Part shown: positions 21,717 to 34,255 of the stretch, in pieces
How positions within the stretch are numbered: the stretch's first letter is position 1
How the letters are laid out: each line of letters begins with the position of its first letter
Assembly: GCA_010093995.1 (NCBI GenBank)
Contig: ML992526.1
Span: 1-64,000 of the forward strand
Direction: 5' to 3'
DNA length: 64,000 nucleotides
Source: Elsinoe ampelina
Lineage: Eukaryota
The notes under the pieces: generated by a model
Database searches by the model: none
What the model was told of the DNA's origin: nothing
The model's input: the letters and a program-made list of their open reading frames with translations, nothing else
Translations under genes and position numbers: made by a program

Positions 21717-24700
21717 TCATGCAGAGTTGCGCATGAACCAATCCGTCGAGGGATCAAACTCAAAATTAGTAATGTTGAACTCATTAGGAAGAGCATTGCC
21801 ATCTGCAGCTCCTGCTGCTTGACCAAGATCCATCTGCTCAGTACCAGCCATACCCCCGTTGGCTGGGTCAACGCCAGCTGGTAGCCGTGGTAGGTTGAAG
21901 AAGTCGAAGACGTCAAGGTATTCGAGCTCATTCGGTGCCGGGGTCCGCGCAGGAGTCACCGTGGTAGTACCTCCTGCTGTCCGAATACGATCGAGGGGGA
22001 ATTGGCGTGGCTGACGGCTTATTAGGAAGTCCAGATCGTAGGCAGTGCGCCTCATGTCTGCGAGGATTTTGACAGTGCTGGGAGTTACCCGCTCGCCGTT
22101 GAGATCGCCCCCAGATTGTTCGGATTCGTGATATTCATCGAGAACTCTTGTGAGCAGTACAGCGTAACGCTCAGCTACTTTTTGGTAGGCACCCATCTCT
22201 CGCAGCGTATCGACGAGGGGGTGGATGTTTGGGTTTACCCGGTGATCGATAGTCGAGCCATGCACGAGCAATAGACGGGCAGCCACCCATAGGGAGAATG
22301 CAAAAGGAGGCCCGAGAGTGTTGAGCAGGTTGTTGGATCGCACGAACTTGTTCAGTGCACATATATCCTCTACGGCATTGTGACACCGTTGCGATGCCGA
22401 GTATGAAGGTGTGAAAATTGGCGAGCGTGTGGTAGGATATGCAGCAGATGAGTGAAGGCGGATGATGACACTGGTAGGAAGGTCAGCCAGAGAACTACCA
22501 GAACAGGCTCCCTCGTACGGTCGCTAAGATCTTAGCAGCCCCGATACAAGGTCGGATTCAGTAATTACTACCAGATGGTCGCAACGATATCATTTGAGTG
22601 GTTCTGCACATACGAATACGCTGATATATTGACGCAAAACTACCAGACCGACACGATCAAGGCACAGAGAAAACGGGAGTGACTTACGTGTGGTAGGTAA
22701 TGTGGAGCATAATCCACATGGTGTTGATGGTTTTGTTGGCCCCCGTAGCAAACATGCGTGACATGTTGCCGTACTCGGAGGGCAAGCTGAACTTCCATCG
22801 ATTCAGACTTCCGTCGAGCTCACGGTATTCCCTTTGCCACTGCTCCACATCGGACAGGGCACCTATATCTACCGGTTTCTTCAAGAACCTATGCACTCTC
22901 GAGAGAATACCGAGAACCTCGATATAGTACGAGAAGGTGCCGAGGTTAGCCGCTTTTGGGTCGGTTTGGTCTGGGTATTCTGAAGTCGAAAACCATCTCG
23001 TTTCAACTGGAGCATTGCGGGCGAATTGGTCTTCTCGGCATGGCAATCGGCGATCGATCTCCTTGTCGTCAAGAGCAAATTCGAAAGCTGTTGCAATGGT
23101 CGCATATCGATCGAGGATATAGATCATCCAAAATAGGCGCCGGCGGCTCTCGTCCTCGATGAAATCCCGCGGTTCTGGTAGTACCATAGCTCGCAACGTG
23201 TAAATAGATGGGTAGAGCGGCGATACTGTCATCGAGTTCGGCTCAACAGCTAGGCCTAGTTGAACGACACTCCTGGTGATTAATGCCAGCATATTCCAGC
23301 CAGGGGGACCATTTGAGAAGCCAATGATATCAAGAGCAAGTATAACCAATGCCTGTAAAGCCTTGACTGAGCTGTTGTCGAGTCCGTACAGGAGAACCTT
23401 CTGTTTTGATTTGTTGTAGTATCTCTCTCGAGCTTGCTGCTCCAGTCGTGGGTCCGTCGAGAATTTCAGCGTCGTGGCAACAAGGGCATGAAGCAGAATC
23501 CTGTCCGCTTCATCAAGACTATTCGAGCCAAACAGAGAGTCTAGAGTCGCCCGTCGATGTAATATGGGGCACCACGTATTGATGTGCTTGAAGTATAGGT
23601 CCACGAGTGCATAGAGTAAGTCATACGGCGGTAGGTCAGCGTCTTGTGCCACAGTCATGGCTGTATCTGTAGAGCTGCTTGTGGTACCTGGTATATTGAG
23701 GCTGGCGGATTCAAGGTGCGGATTGGTCGGTTCGAACATGTTTGTGCCGGTCGGTGTGGACTGCATCCGTGCTACCGGAGTCTGTCCCTGTGTGAGGCCT
23801 TGAGGTGGCGGCATGCCATTGCTGTTTCTGTGGGCGCCAAACCCTGGCTGCATCTGGCGCTCGTGAGGACTGTTGTATGATACTGGGGCCCGTTGCATGT
23901 AGTATGAGTCGGTATGACTTCGGGCGTTCGATATGACTGAAGCTGGCGAAGGGGTGTTGTGGGCTGCTTGAGGTTGCATTTGTGGAGGAGCAGTCGGTTG
24001 TTGAACTCCTGGTAGTACATTTGCGAGCTGTTGGAGGAGCTGCTGCTGGGTCTGAAGGACACCTTCAAGCTTGTCTACACGTTGTCAATTGCAAGACCCC
24101 TTGTCCGCAGTCCTATGAGGCTTACCTAGTCGTGTCTCCAGCTCTCGTCCATAGCCAGCTCTGTTTCGTTGTCAGAATTTGGGTCCCATCTCTGGCGAAT
24201 TCATTCGAGCTATCTTTCAAGGACGGAAAGCTTGAGCGCTGTCCTCTGACTATCAGACAAGCTAAGGTGATGACCGAGCCGGCTTGACTGACCAACGTGA
24301 CCATCAGACCAGATCCACGTACTGGCCAATGCAGTATTGAAAAGCTGACCAATGCGACGTTGACTACCAGACACGGATGTATGTACCGATGTAGAGAGTT
24401 TGACTTACCGCAGGCCAGGTTTCTTCCGCTCCTTGTATTCACAATTGTGGCCATTTCTTAGACACCACCCTGCATCTCGGGTCAATTCTTGACGGCGACA
24501 GGCCAAGGATCTACATACCACAGGCAGGTTGACCGCGGTCGCATTTCACCTGTTGCACGTGCTACGTCAGTACAGTCTCGGTGCGGCTTGCAGGATGATA
24601 CAAGCTACTACCGGGTGGACGAGGGCTCACCTTTCTTTGCTTGCAGAGCTCGCATGATACAGAAAGAGGTCGCTTTGCACGCTTCCTCTTGCGCGTATCC

Positions 24701-24837
24701 TCGTCTCCAACGCTATCTTCGCCGCTCCAATCTTCCTCGTCTTCAATTTTCGAAGTATCAACGCCGTGCGAATCGGGAGACGCGTTACCTTGCCCGTGTA
24801 GGTTTGGGGAGGCCTGTTGCTGGTGCTGCTCGGCCAT
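21717..24837 (-). CDS. rhaR: Zn(II)2Cys6 transcription factor with fungal-specific TF domain, probable L-rhamnose regulator, 6 exons
   Basis: Introns 24550-24630, 24470-24518, 24161-24408, 24075-24125 and 22471-22687 rebuild CELCKQRKVKCDRGQPACGWCLRNGHNCEY; middle homology region ESRRRLFWMIYILDRY. Divergent from L-rhamnonate dehydratase, as in the known rhaR-lraC linkage; the gene name rests largely on this synteny. Confidence 0.8.
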
Positions 24838-25198
24838 GACAGCAATGCAATGCGACGAGTTCGGAGAGAGGTACACCGAGGAATCACAGATCAGAAAAAG
24901 TCGGGGAAAGGTTGGGGGCGGAGCGAAAGAGACGTTTTGCGGCTGAAACTTTACAGTACCTTAAAGTTACTTTGGACCCCGCCGCTTCAAGCAATTTCGC
25001 CGCGGACAACCTCGATCTTACTATGCCTCTATCACAATAGAACAGTAGTGGCAACGGAATATCGATCCATTCACGAGTTTGGAATGCATGATGATCCACT
25101 ATTATCACTACCTCAATCTCGGCAATAGATCCTACCAGTAAGTAAACCCCGAGACAAGACAAGGTCAATCAGTTCGCGCTGCCATACCCCGTCGGGCT

Positions 25199-25215
25199 CG
25201 GTGGTCGCTAGCCCG
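25199..25215. promoter_or_regulatory. CGG-N11-CCG Zn2Cys6 site, candidate RhaR-binding element in the divergent promoter
   Basis: Sequence CGG tggtcgctagc CCG, about 220 bp upstream of the lraC ATG; matches the spacing reported for Aspergillus RhaR. Confidence 0.55.
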
Positions 25216-25436
25216 GCTAATTCTGAGGAACCTTGGGCCAGAGGAGCATCTTTCTGAACCCTTCGGAGGGGCACATGTCATCCAAGCTGTTCGGCTACCA
25301 AAGGACGGAAGAATTCCTGCGTAAACATTTCCTCGACCTTATTGCTTCATCTTTCTTTTCTTCTCGCATCTACCTCTCCTTCTCTCGTGTCCTTGCAATC
25401 CCCTTCCACCCCTCGTTCGTCTACCCCGCAATCACA

Positions 25437-26760
25437 ATGCCTGACGTCAAAGCCTTCCCCACAATCAAGGCCGTGAGGTCGTTTGTCATCCAGGGTGTGG
25501 GATCTGGCGGCGACTATCACAATGTCGAGGGCGGGCATTGGTTGATAGATTCCAAGATCTCGACTCCCATGTCGGGCTACGAAGCATACCGCAAGTCACG
25601 AACGAGCTGGGGTATCAATGTGCTCGGGTCCTTCTGCGTAGAAATCGAGGCTACAGATGGCACAAAGGGGTTCGCTACAGGCTTTGGAGGTCCACCAGCA
25701 TGCTGGCTCGTCCAGGAGCACTTTGAGCGCTTCCTTCTCGGAGCAGGTCAGTCGAATCATATCCCGTCCCAGCCAGACAACGACAGACTCACACGAACTA
25801 GACCCACGTGACACCAACAACCTCTTCGAGCAAATGTACCGCGCCTCCATGTTCTACGGCCGCAAAGGTCTCCCCACCGCCGTCATCTCCGTCATCGACC
25901 TCGCCATCTGGGACCTCCTAGGCAAAATCCGCAACGAGCCCGTCTACAAACTCATCGGCGGCGACACCAAACAAGGCCGACTCAACTTCTACTGCACCGG
26001 ACCCGAGCCCGCATCCGCCAAATCCATGGGCTTCTGGGGCGGCAAAGTCGCCCTCCCCTACAGCCCCGGCGAAGGGCCCGAAGGCATGCGCAAAAACATC
26101 GAATACCTACGCCAAAAACGCAGCGAAGTCGGCCCCGATTTCCCCCTGATGGTCGACTGCTACATGTCGCTCAACGTGCAATACACCATCGAGCTGGCCG
26201 AGAAATGCAAAGACCTCAACATCAACTGGTGGGAAGAGTGTTTGTCCCCCGACGATTTCGACGGCCACGCGCTCCTCAAACGCGCCCATCCTTCCATCAA
26301 GTTCACCACGGGCGAGCACGAGTTCTCAAGATACGGGTTCAGGAAGCTCATCGAGGGGAGGAACTTGGATATCATCCAGCCGGACGTCATGTGGCTCGGT
26401 GGCCTAACAGAGCTGCTCAAGGTCGCGGCGATGGCGGCCGCGTATGATGTGCCTGTCGTGCCGCACGCGAGTGGGCCGTATAGTTACCATTTCGTCGTGT
26501 CGCAGGCCAATTCGCCGTTCCAGGAGTACCTGGCGAACTCGCCTGATGGGAAGTCGGTGTTGCCGGTGTTTGGGAATCTGTTCACGAATGAGCCGATCCC
26601 GACGAATGGGTACCTCGATGTGTCGGTTTTGGATAAGCCGGGTTTTGGGCTGGAGTTGAACCCTGCTGCGCCGCTTATTGATTCGAAGCTCATCTTTAAC
26701 CCGAATCCGCAGAAGGCGTTGGAGGATCCGACGGAGAAGCCAAAGGTCAATGGATCGTAG
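25437..26760 (+). CDS. lraC: L-rhamnonate dehydratase (enolase/mandelate racemase superfamily), 2 exons
   Basis: Intron 25747-25801. GGDYH...HWL, ISTPMSGY...RTSWGINVLG, MVDCYMSL, WWEE, TGEHE and VVPHASG match RhmD/LRA3. Confidence 0.92.
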
Positions 26761-26923
26761 GCAGTGGATGTAGTGGAAAGCAGGATTGCTGGAATCGCAG
26801 CAGAATAGCGAATCGTTTTAGACTGTATATATCCATGCATAATGCTTGCAATGCTTGCTTCCACAGCCTTCTCTTCCGTCCACACTCATCTTCACTCATG
26901 GGTATCATTGACTTCTCTTCTTC

Positions 26924-27805
26924 TCATCTGCCTTGTCTCCTCTCCCTCATGCCCTGCACTCTTCTCCTCTCCTCCTCAAATCCCCTCTTCAAGCCCCTCT
27001 CCTCATCCCGCCTCTTCTCCCTCACCTGCCACCTGTAGAAACCTTCCAACCCCTCCATGCGCTTCTTGCTCTTCTCCAACCCCTTCTTCGCTTCCTCCTC
27101 ATTCGCAACCCCACTTCTACCGCCACGGGTGACAGTGACGAACCCATCGGCGTCCGGTACTTGTCGCCGCTTCTTTTCCTCTCGCTTCTTCGCCTCTTCA
27201 GCTTCGTTGTACGCAGACATGTACTCGTCTACACTACGTTGGAGCTCAGCTTGGTCGGGGAACTGGAGGCGATGATGGGCCTTATATCTCGCCAGACCGA
27301 GCGAAGGTAGCTTGGCGGAGAGATCTGGGCTGAGCCAGGTGAGAGGCGTGCGGGCTTTTGCGGCTTTGCGAGCGGCGGTCATGGCAGCCGTGGCGCTGGC
27401 TGCGTCGACGAAGGTGACCACACAGGTCGCGCCGGAGGGCTGGAGCAGTCGATCCCATGTAGCCGGCCAGGGGAAGGTGGTGTCGAGGTCATCGCCCGCG
27501 GAAGGACGTTTTCGTTTGCGAGAAGTTTTGGTGCTCGTCGCTGGAGCCGGCGTGGAGTCGAAGATTATGCTCGAGATGCGGCTGGGACTGAGGGAGGCGA
27601 AAAGTGCACGTATCAGGGTAGGTGTGCTGTCTATAGGCACATTGACGAGGAAGAGAGAGGTGGGGGAGGCGGTGGAGTCCTTGGGGGCATGTGGACGGAC
27701 GTAGAGATAGTGAGTTTGTGGTTTGGGTAATGACGGGAGCGGCGGTAAGGTGAGTTGTAGGATAGAGTAGTCATTGATTGACGACGGTGCTCTTGACGGA
27801 GTCAT
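26924..27805 (-). CDS. RRP7: Ribosomal RNA-processing protein 7
   Basis: HYLYVRPH and LFLVNVPIDST (RRM-like N-terminus); C-terminal PDADGFVTVTRGGR and FYRWQVRE. An upstream in-frame non-ATG start is listed at 27850. Confidence 0.88.
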   Translation of the reverse strand: MTPSRAPSSINDYSILQLTLPPLPSLPKPQTHYLYVRPHAPKDSTASPTSLFLVNVPIDSTPTLIRALFASLSPSRISSIIFDSTPAPATSTKTSRKRKRPSAGDDLDTTFPWPATWDRLLQPSGATCVVTFVDAASATAAMTAARKAAKARTPLTWLSPDLSAKLPSLGLARYKAHHRLQFPDQAELQRSVDEYMSAYNEAEEAKKREEKKRRQVPDADGFVTVTRGGRSGVANEEEAKKGLEKSKKRMEGLEGFYRWQVREKRRDEERGLKRGFEEERRRVQGMRERRQGR

Positions 27806-28341
27806 GGCTGTGGGATAGACTGCAGGACCATGAAATGCGATGGACATCAAGGACGAGAACTTTTCAGACTGCCGGCGTTAAACCATGTCAAGTCCGCTCC
27901 CACACACAATCTGTTCCGACTCCTCCTCTTTCCATTCTCCCTCCCCTCTTCCAGTCAACACCGTCTTCGACATCCAGATGCCGTAAATCTTCTTGCTCAT
28001 GAGATTGGCAGTGGGTCCAGTCAACTTTGACGAGTGTGGCACGGCGGAACATGATGAGCTGTCAATCCCAGAAGCGCTGTCCTGTCACGAACAAGTTTCA
28101 GAGACTCGACAAACCAATAAAAATACCAGTAAGCGCCCATACGCCACGTGATGGGTAACACTGGCAAGCACCAATAGAGTACAAGTCTTGCGAGCTGTGT
28201 ACAATATGTAGTCGGCGTTGCTCGAGTCGCCGCTCGTTTCTCTCACATACCAACCCCTGCTTAGCTTCTCGTTCACGCATTATGCTATATCACTATTTGG
28301 CGGTTTTTTTAGGTCTCAAATTAGCACCCTGTGCAAGTCAC

Positions 28342-29264
28342 ATGATGGAGTCCAAAGACAACACTACAGATCGTCTCTGGAATTGGGATCAAGTTCCTGC
28401 ATGGCAGCAGGACAATCGCTACATCATTACAGGCTATCGAGGGGCAACATACTCCTATCGGAAGGCTCTAACATCACTCGGATATCTCCACAACCAGACC
28501 GGCAACATATTCACTCATCTACTTGCTATCCCAGCGCTTGTCATTTTAGCAGTCCTGGTCTATCATGTCCGGCACATATCCACCGATCCTGTCGATCGTC
28601 TAATAATTGCGATCTTCGTGGTCGGCGTGTCGACATGCTTCCTACTCTCGACCTGCTTCCATACATTCTCATGCCACTCCGCGCCTGTGGAACAGCTTTG
28701 GGTGCGTGTTGACTTTCTGGGCATCATCATCATTACCGCGGCAACATTCGTCGCTGGCGAGTACTATTTCTTCTTTTGCGAGCACATCCGGATGGGCATA
28801 CATATGGCTGTGGTAAGCCATCTGGGGTGAACGAACACGACACGAGCAGCCGAGCTAACTCCAGCCAACAGACTATATCACTGTCAGTCCTCGCAATCAC
28901 TGTACTCCTCACGCCACGACTTCAAGGGCCCAAGCATCGAACTCTGAGGCTTGTCTGCTTTTGTCTCATGGGCGTCTCTGGCTTCGTACCCATGATTGAT
29001 AGCCTGGCGCATTACGGTTGGGATCATTCGAAACGCTACTCTATCGTATACTACCTGATCGAGATGCTGTTGGAAGTCGTAGGAGCTGTGTTGTATGGTT
29101 GCAGGCTCCCAGAGAGATTCGCTCCTGGCAGGTTCGACATGTGGGGCCATTCTCACCAATTCTTCCATATTTTCACCGCAGCCGCAGCTTGTGTCCATCT
29201 TACTGGTCTTGCCAATGCTGCGCGCAAAACGCGGGCCCTCGAGCGATGCGCTAGTGGGTACTGA
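28342..29264 (+). CDS. PAQR/haemolysin-III family membrane protein (IZH-like), 2 exons
   Basis: PAWQQDNRYIITGYR, HNQTGNIFTH, STCFHTFSCHS, DFLGI and PERFAPGRFDMWGHSHQFFH; intron 28813-28871. Confidence 0.9.
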
Positions 29265-29415
29265 GGCGTCAGCAACACCGCCGGATCTGGAGCATCGGCC
29301 ACGAATGCTCTTTTGGGAGGCCTCTGGGAGCACCATCACTACTCGGCAAAGTCGTTGTTACCTGCAAAAGTCTATCATTCTCGCTATGAATTCGATGCGA
29401 CTACACCGAAGCAAA

Positions 29416-31717
29416 CTACTCAATCCTATGCGCCCCCGAAACGTCATACACACTCGGCACCGTCGCCACACTCGCCTCCAACACCTTAAAAATCGGCACC
29501 TGCTTGAACACATCGATGATATGGTGCACCGTCGGCAAAGTGTCCCAATCCCTCGCATCCCACTCCACCCTCGCCTCCCTCGCCACCAACTTCTTCGCCT
29601 TTGGCTTCCCCTCCGCATGCCCATTCGCCTCCTCCTTGACCCCATTCGTCTGCCCGTCCTTACTCGGCCCCTGCACGAACGGATCAAACACCGCGTACTC
29701 CGCGTCTGCCTTCCCGGGCTCCCCGACGGCAGGGACGTACTTGTACATCAACATGCCGTCATCGGGCTGCGGTTTGGGGACGAACTCCTCCTCCTTCTCC
29801 TCCAGGCCCTCCCATACCAACGACCCGAACTTGCGTCCGCGCCACCCCATCTCGATCTTGGTGGTGCCGCTCGCGTCCGGGTCTTCGGGCGAGATGTCAA
29901 TATCGCATCCCCACTTCGGCGCGCCTAGCTCTTCCCGCCCCGTCACGATCGGATCGGTGAGCGACTCGAATAGCATCGGGAGGAAGGTGCCTTGCTTGAC
30001 GCTCCCGTCGCGCGAGGTGTATTTGACGCCGTGGATGTACAGCCCGCAGTGGTTGTATCCTGTGCCGCCCAGCCAGACCATGTCGCGGAGGGAGCAGCAT
30101 GTGAAGCTGGCCTGTTGGACAGTAGCGGGGGAGGCGAAGGAGAACTGGTCCGTCGGGAAGAGGGTCTTGAGGAAAGTGGCGGACGTGTTGAAGCGGATGG
30201 TGTGGACTTGTTGCCATTCCATCGAGTGGGAGCGGATGCCTTTGAGGAAGTTCTGGGGTTGGCGGGGGCCCGGGGAGGGGCCGAAGGAGAGCGGTTGGCG
30301 GTAGCGGTAGGGATGTTTGGCGAGGAGGTGCTTCGCGAGGGCGTGTGTGGACGAGTCCCATTCGTCGTGGGAGAAGTTGTAGTCGTTGAATTTGGCCGGG
30401 TTGAAGTCGATGCCGCGCTTCTTTTGCTCGGCGGGGGACATACCGCTGATGCGGGTGAATTCTTGGATGCGGTCGGCGCGGAACTTGCGTTGTTTGACGT
30501 AGAGCTCGAGTCGGTCGTTGATCTCTGAGGGTGAGGTGCCGAGCGGGAGGATAGCGGCGAGGGACACGGCGTCCTCGATGGCTTGGGCGCCCCCTTGAGC
30601 TTGATGGGGCTGGAAGGGGTGCGCGGCGTCCCCGAGCAAGGCAAGACGTCCGTTTATCCAAGTGGGAATGACTTCGAGGTCGAGCAGAGTCCATACCTTG
30701 AGCGAGTCCTCCGGAGCCTTTGCCATCAGAGCTTTGAATTGGTCTGCAAAGATGCCACCGATCTTGAGCATCTGCTCCTTGTCACCCTTCTGGTTCCATG
30801 TAGCGCCCTCGACTCTGGACTCTCCACTTGGGTGGATGAGCAGGAAATTCATCACAGTATTGTTGACGCAAGGATACCACACAAGTCGACGGTCCTCAGC
30901 CAAGGCCATGGTCAGAAAGCCCTCATGTGATACCAGCTCAGCTGTGACCGGATCATTCTGAAGGTCTTTCATGGGGATGAGGAAACGGAAGGCGCTGTGA
31001 CCACAGTCGAATGGCTTGTACTTTGAGCCGTCGACTACCGAATTGCGGCAAAGCGACTACCAGAGTCAGTAGAGGCTCGCTATTGTTTGCGATTATCACT
31101 TACATGAACACCGTCAGCACCAAGCAGAAGGTCTCCTTGGAAGACCTCTCCGTTTTCAGTTGTGACCTTTGCGTTCGCAGCATCCACCTCTGTAACCTTG
31201 CTCGCAAGCTTGAGCTCGCAAGGCTTGCCCTTGCCCTCCGGACTGACTGCCGCTTCCCGAATAGCACTGTGCAAGTGTGCTCTGTGTACGAGGTACCAAG
31301 GCTAGTGATTGATTAATTAAGGTCAGCAGCGGTTCTTCAGCTCAACCTACATGCTGCCATTGCTTGTTCGCCTCCCTCATATCGGCGTGCATGATGTTCT
31401 TTCCGAAGGGCAGGAACATGCGAACTCCGTTCATGAGATTGCCACCGACTTTCTTGACATCCACTCCGAGTCGCGACAAGACGCCTTGTGCATTGGGCGC
31501 CATGTGGATCGCAGCACCGACTTCGTTTGAGAATCTGGAGGTCTCGAGGATTGTGACATTGTGTCCCTGTTGTCGGAGGGCAAGTCCAGCGGTCTTGCGA
31601 GCGTCAGAATCGAAGTGTAGCTGAACAGTGCAGCATGCTTACAAGACCACCGATACCTCCACCAACGATGACCACATTGAGAGGGCCTGAGTCTCCGCCG
31701 ACCCCATTAAGGACCAT
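29416..31717 (-). CDS. FAD-dependent monooxygenase (salicylate-hydroxylase-like) fused to a C-terminal acetoacetate-decarboxylase-like domain, 4 exons
   Basis: VVIVGGGIGGL, LLLGADGVHS and LLGDAAHPFQPHQAQGGAQAIED; C-terminal WLGGTGYNH...LFESLTDPIVTGREELGAPK. Introns 31594-31642, 31302-31350 and 31057-31103. Confidence 0.88.
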
Positions 31718-32256
31718 GATGATAGCTTGCGGGTCTGTGTTGCGACTTGGGAGGTTTGCTTCGGGAACTGCAGGCAAGATGCTCGATCACTTCAATGAAT
31801 GTGGTTCAAAGGTGCACAAAAGACTTGCAAGAAATTAAAGAGCTTCGGCACCGTCCGGCACAAGATCTCTCGACGATACGCATGACGAAGTGCTCGAGAC
31901 TCAGATACCATATGGTAGTAGCTCTGCTGCCGTTGTCAGCACTCTGCAAACCCCGCGCTGCTAGCAATGTGGAGGAACCGGGCCAGACATTGCCTGTAAA
32001 TCCTCATCGACTCTGTCTGGAATCTCACGCCGGCTCCACTCGGGACAACAATGTGGGGAGCTCTCTCAAAAGCTTCGCCGTTTATTGACGAGAGAGCTCT
32101 GAGAAATATCCCCCTTGTCGGTCTCGCGGTGGATGAGAGACCGAGCCGGTGAGCTCCTCCAGCCGGAGCTTGTAGAACATAATGTTGTAAGTCAGATGCG
32201 TCTTTCCTATCTCTCAATTGCACGCTTTGTACTACAGTACCACCACGAAATCAATC

Positions 32257-33583
32257 ATGGCACCCATCACTTCTGACTTCGCCGACCACTTTGGTATCGA
32301 GAACATCCCCTTTGGCATTGCTTCTTCGTCCAAGCACACCTCTCCCCAAGCTGTGACTCGTCTTGAGAACAAGGTCATTTTCCTTGCGGATCTCCCAGAA
32401 GTGGGCAAGGCCGCTGGTGCGGAGGGTGTCTTTACACAGCCTACACTCAACAGCTTCGGTGCTTTGGGGAGGGCGACGCATAAGGCGGTACGAGCTGCCA
32501 TTCAGCAGGCGATCAAAAGCGGATCTACTGAAGCGGCAAGCGAGGACATCAATGATGTGAAGCTTCACTTGCCTGTGTCGACGGGCGACTTCACCGACTT
32601 TTCTTGCTCGCCGCATCACAATCGCAATGCTGGTCAGGCACTGCTTGGCTACTCCAGCGCGCTACCACCAGCCTTTCACAACCAGCCTCTCGGTGAGTTG
32701 GACAGAGAACGCAGTGAGAGGCGCCTATCGCTGACAATTCCACAGGGTACGCTGGTCGATGCTCCAGCATCGTAGTTTCTGGAACTCCAGTCGTGCGCCC
32801 GATGGGTCAGTTCTTCGAGTACGGCAAGGAGGGTTTGAAGGGCGAGCGAAAGAATGTCCGACAAGGTCCTACCAGATGGATGGACTATGAGCTGGAGTTG
32901 GGTGTGTTCATTGGCAAGCCAGTACCATATGGCCAGTACGTCACAGCAGAGCAGGCCAAGGAGAATGTCTTCGGCTTCGTCTTGTTCAATGACTGGAGTG
33001 GTGAGTACGACTCGCAACATAACAGCATGATAGACTGACATTACTAGCTCGTGATATCCAACAATTCGAAATGATTCCTGTTGGACCTCTGCAATCGAAG
33101 CACACGGCGACCACAGTCTCTCCGTGGATCATCACACCCGATGCCGTCGAACCATTCAGGATACCTACGAGGACGCGTGAAATCCCCATCGCACCATACC
33201 TGGTTGACAACAAGGGTGGTGCCCTCGACATCAAAGTACAAGTCGCGGTCGCAGATGGCAAGGGGGGAGACTACAAGGTCACCGGACACGCAAATGCAAA
33301 TGTCATGGATTGGACATTCGAGCAAATCATCGCCCATCAATCGTCAGCAGGATGTGGTCTTCGATCAGGTGATCTACTCGGCATCGGTACCATCTCGGGG
33401 CCTGGCAGCGATCAGCACGGTTGTCTATTGGAAGAGTTTGTGCCTGGTACAACCGCGGCGCGTGGCTATGTGGAGGACAACGAGATTGTGCAACTCCAGG
33501 GGTATGCAGGCCCAGGCGTTGGCTTTGGCGAGTGTGTCGCTCAATTGGTACCGGCGATACACCAAGAAGTGTGGCAAAACTAA
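32257..33583 (+). CDS. Fumarylacetoacetate hydrolase family protein, 3 exons
   Basis: FGIENIPFGI, GDFTDF, MDYELELG, NDWSARDIQ and GDLLGIGTISG; introns 32693-32745 and 33001-33047. Confidence 0.9.
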
Positions 33584-34255
33584 GACCAGGAAAATCCAGA
33601 AGGAGGCATGCTTTATTGCTTTTGCATTAGCGGCAAACGTCTAATCGCTGGTCTTTTTGTCATGTCGCGTCCCAACAAAAACCTTGCCTCCTCTTCAACT
33701 TTGATTGTCGTCGATGTACGCTTGACTCCATCACCTGACCCACTGCAATCACAAAACCGGTGCCGTGAATACATCTCTCCAGTGTGATGCCCAGGTCTGC
33801 CAGTCTTATCCGGATCGTGCCCCATGTGGAGGGAATGTCTCAAGCGAGCAGATTTGATGAAAAAAACGTGGAGGAAGAACGGGGAACCGCTACTGATTCG
33901 TCCTGCCAATGTGGGCAAGTGAAGGCCAAGTCTAGAGGATGTGGGGGCCCCAGCCCAGTACCGGCCGTTGAAAGACGCTTTGAAAGCGGTTTTGCGGGTT
34001 TTCTGGTTGGCCTGGCCTCCTCCCAGCCAAAGGCTCGTGCTGTTTTCGAGCGAGACTTTGCATCTTCCCAGTGCTACTGGACCCATCCCCAGACAGTTCA
34101 AACGCTCCTCGCGTCTCTCTCTCCACACACCCGGGGGTCTGCCCTACCTCTCATCTCCCCTATAACGCTGTCGTGATGTCCTTGATAACATCTCGATCGT
34201 CCTTGGACGTGGTAGTATCATTCTCCTATCCGTCTCTAGAACATCTCCATTCATC

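Noticed and set aside
29095..30694. Several long overlapping ORFs
   Set aside because: Shadows of the GC3-rich monooxygenase coding sequence.
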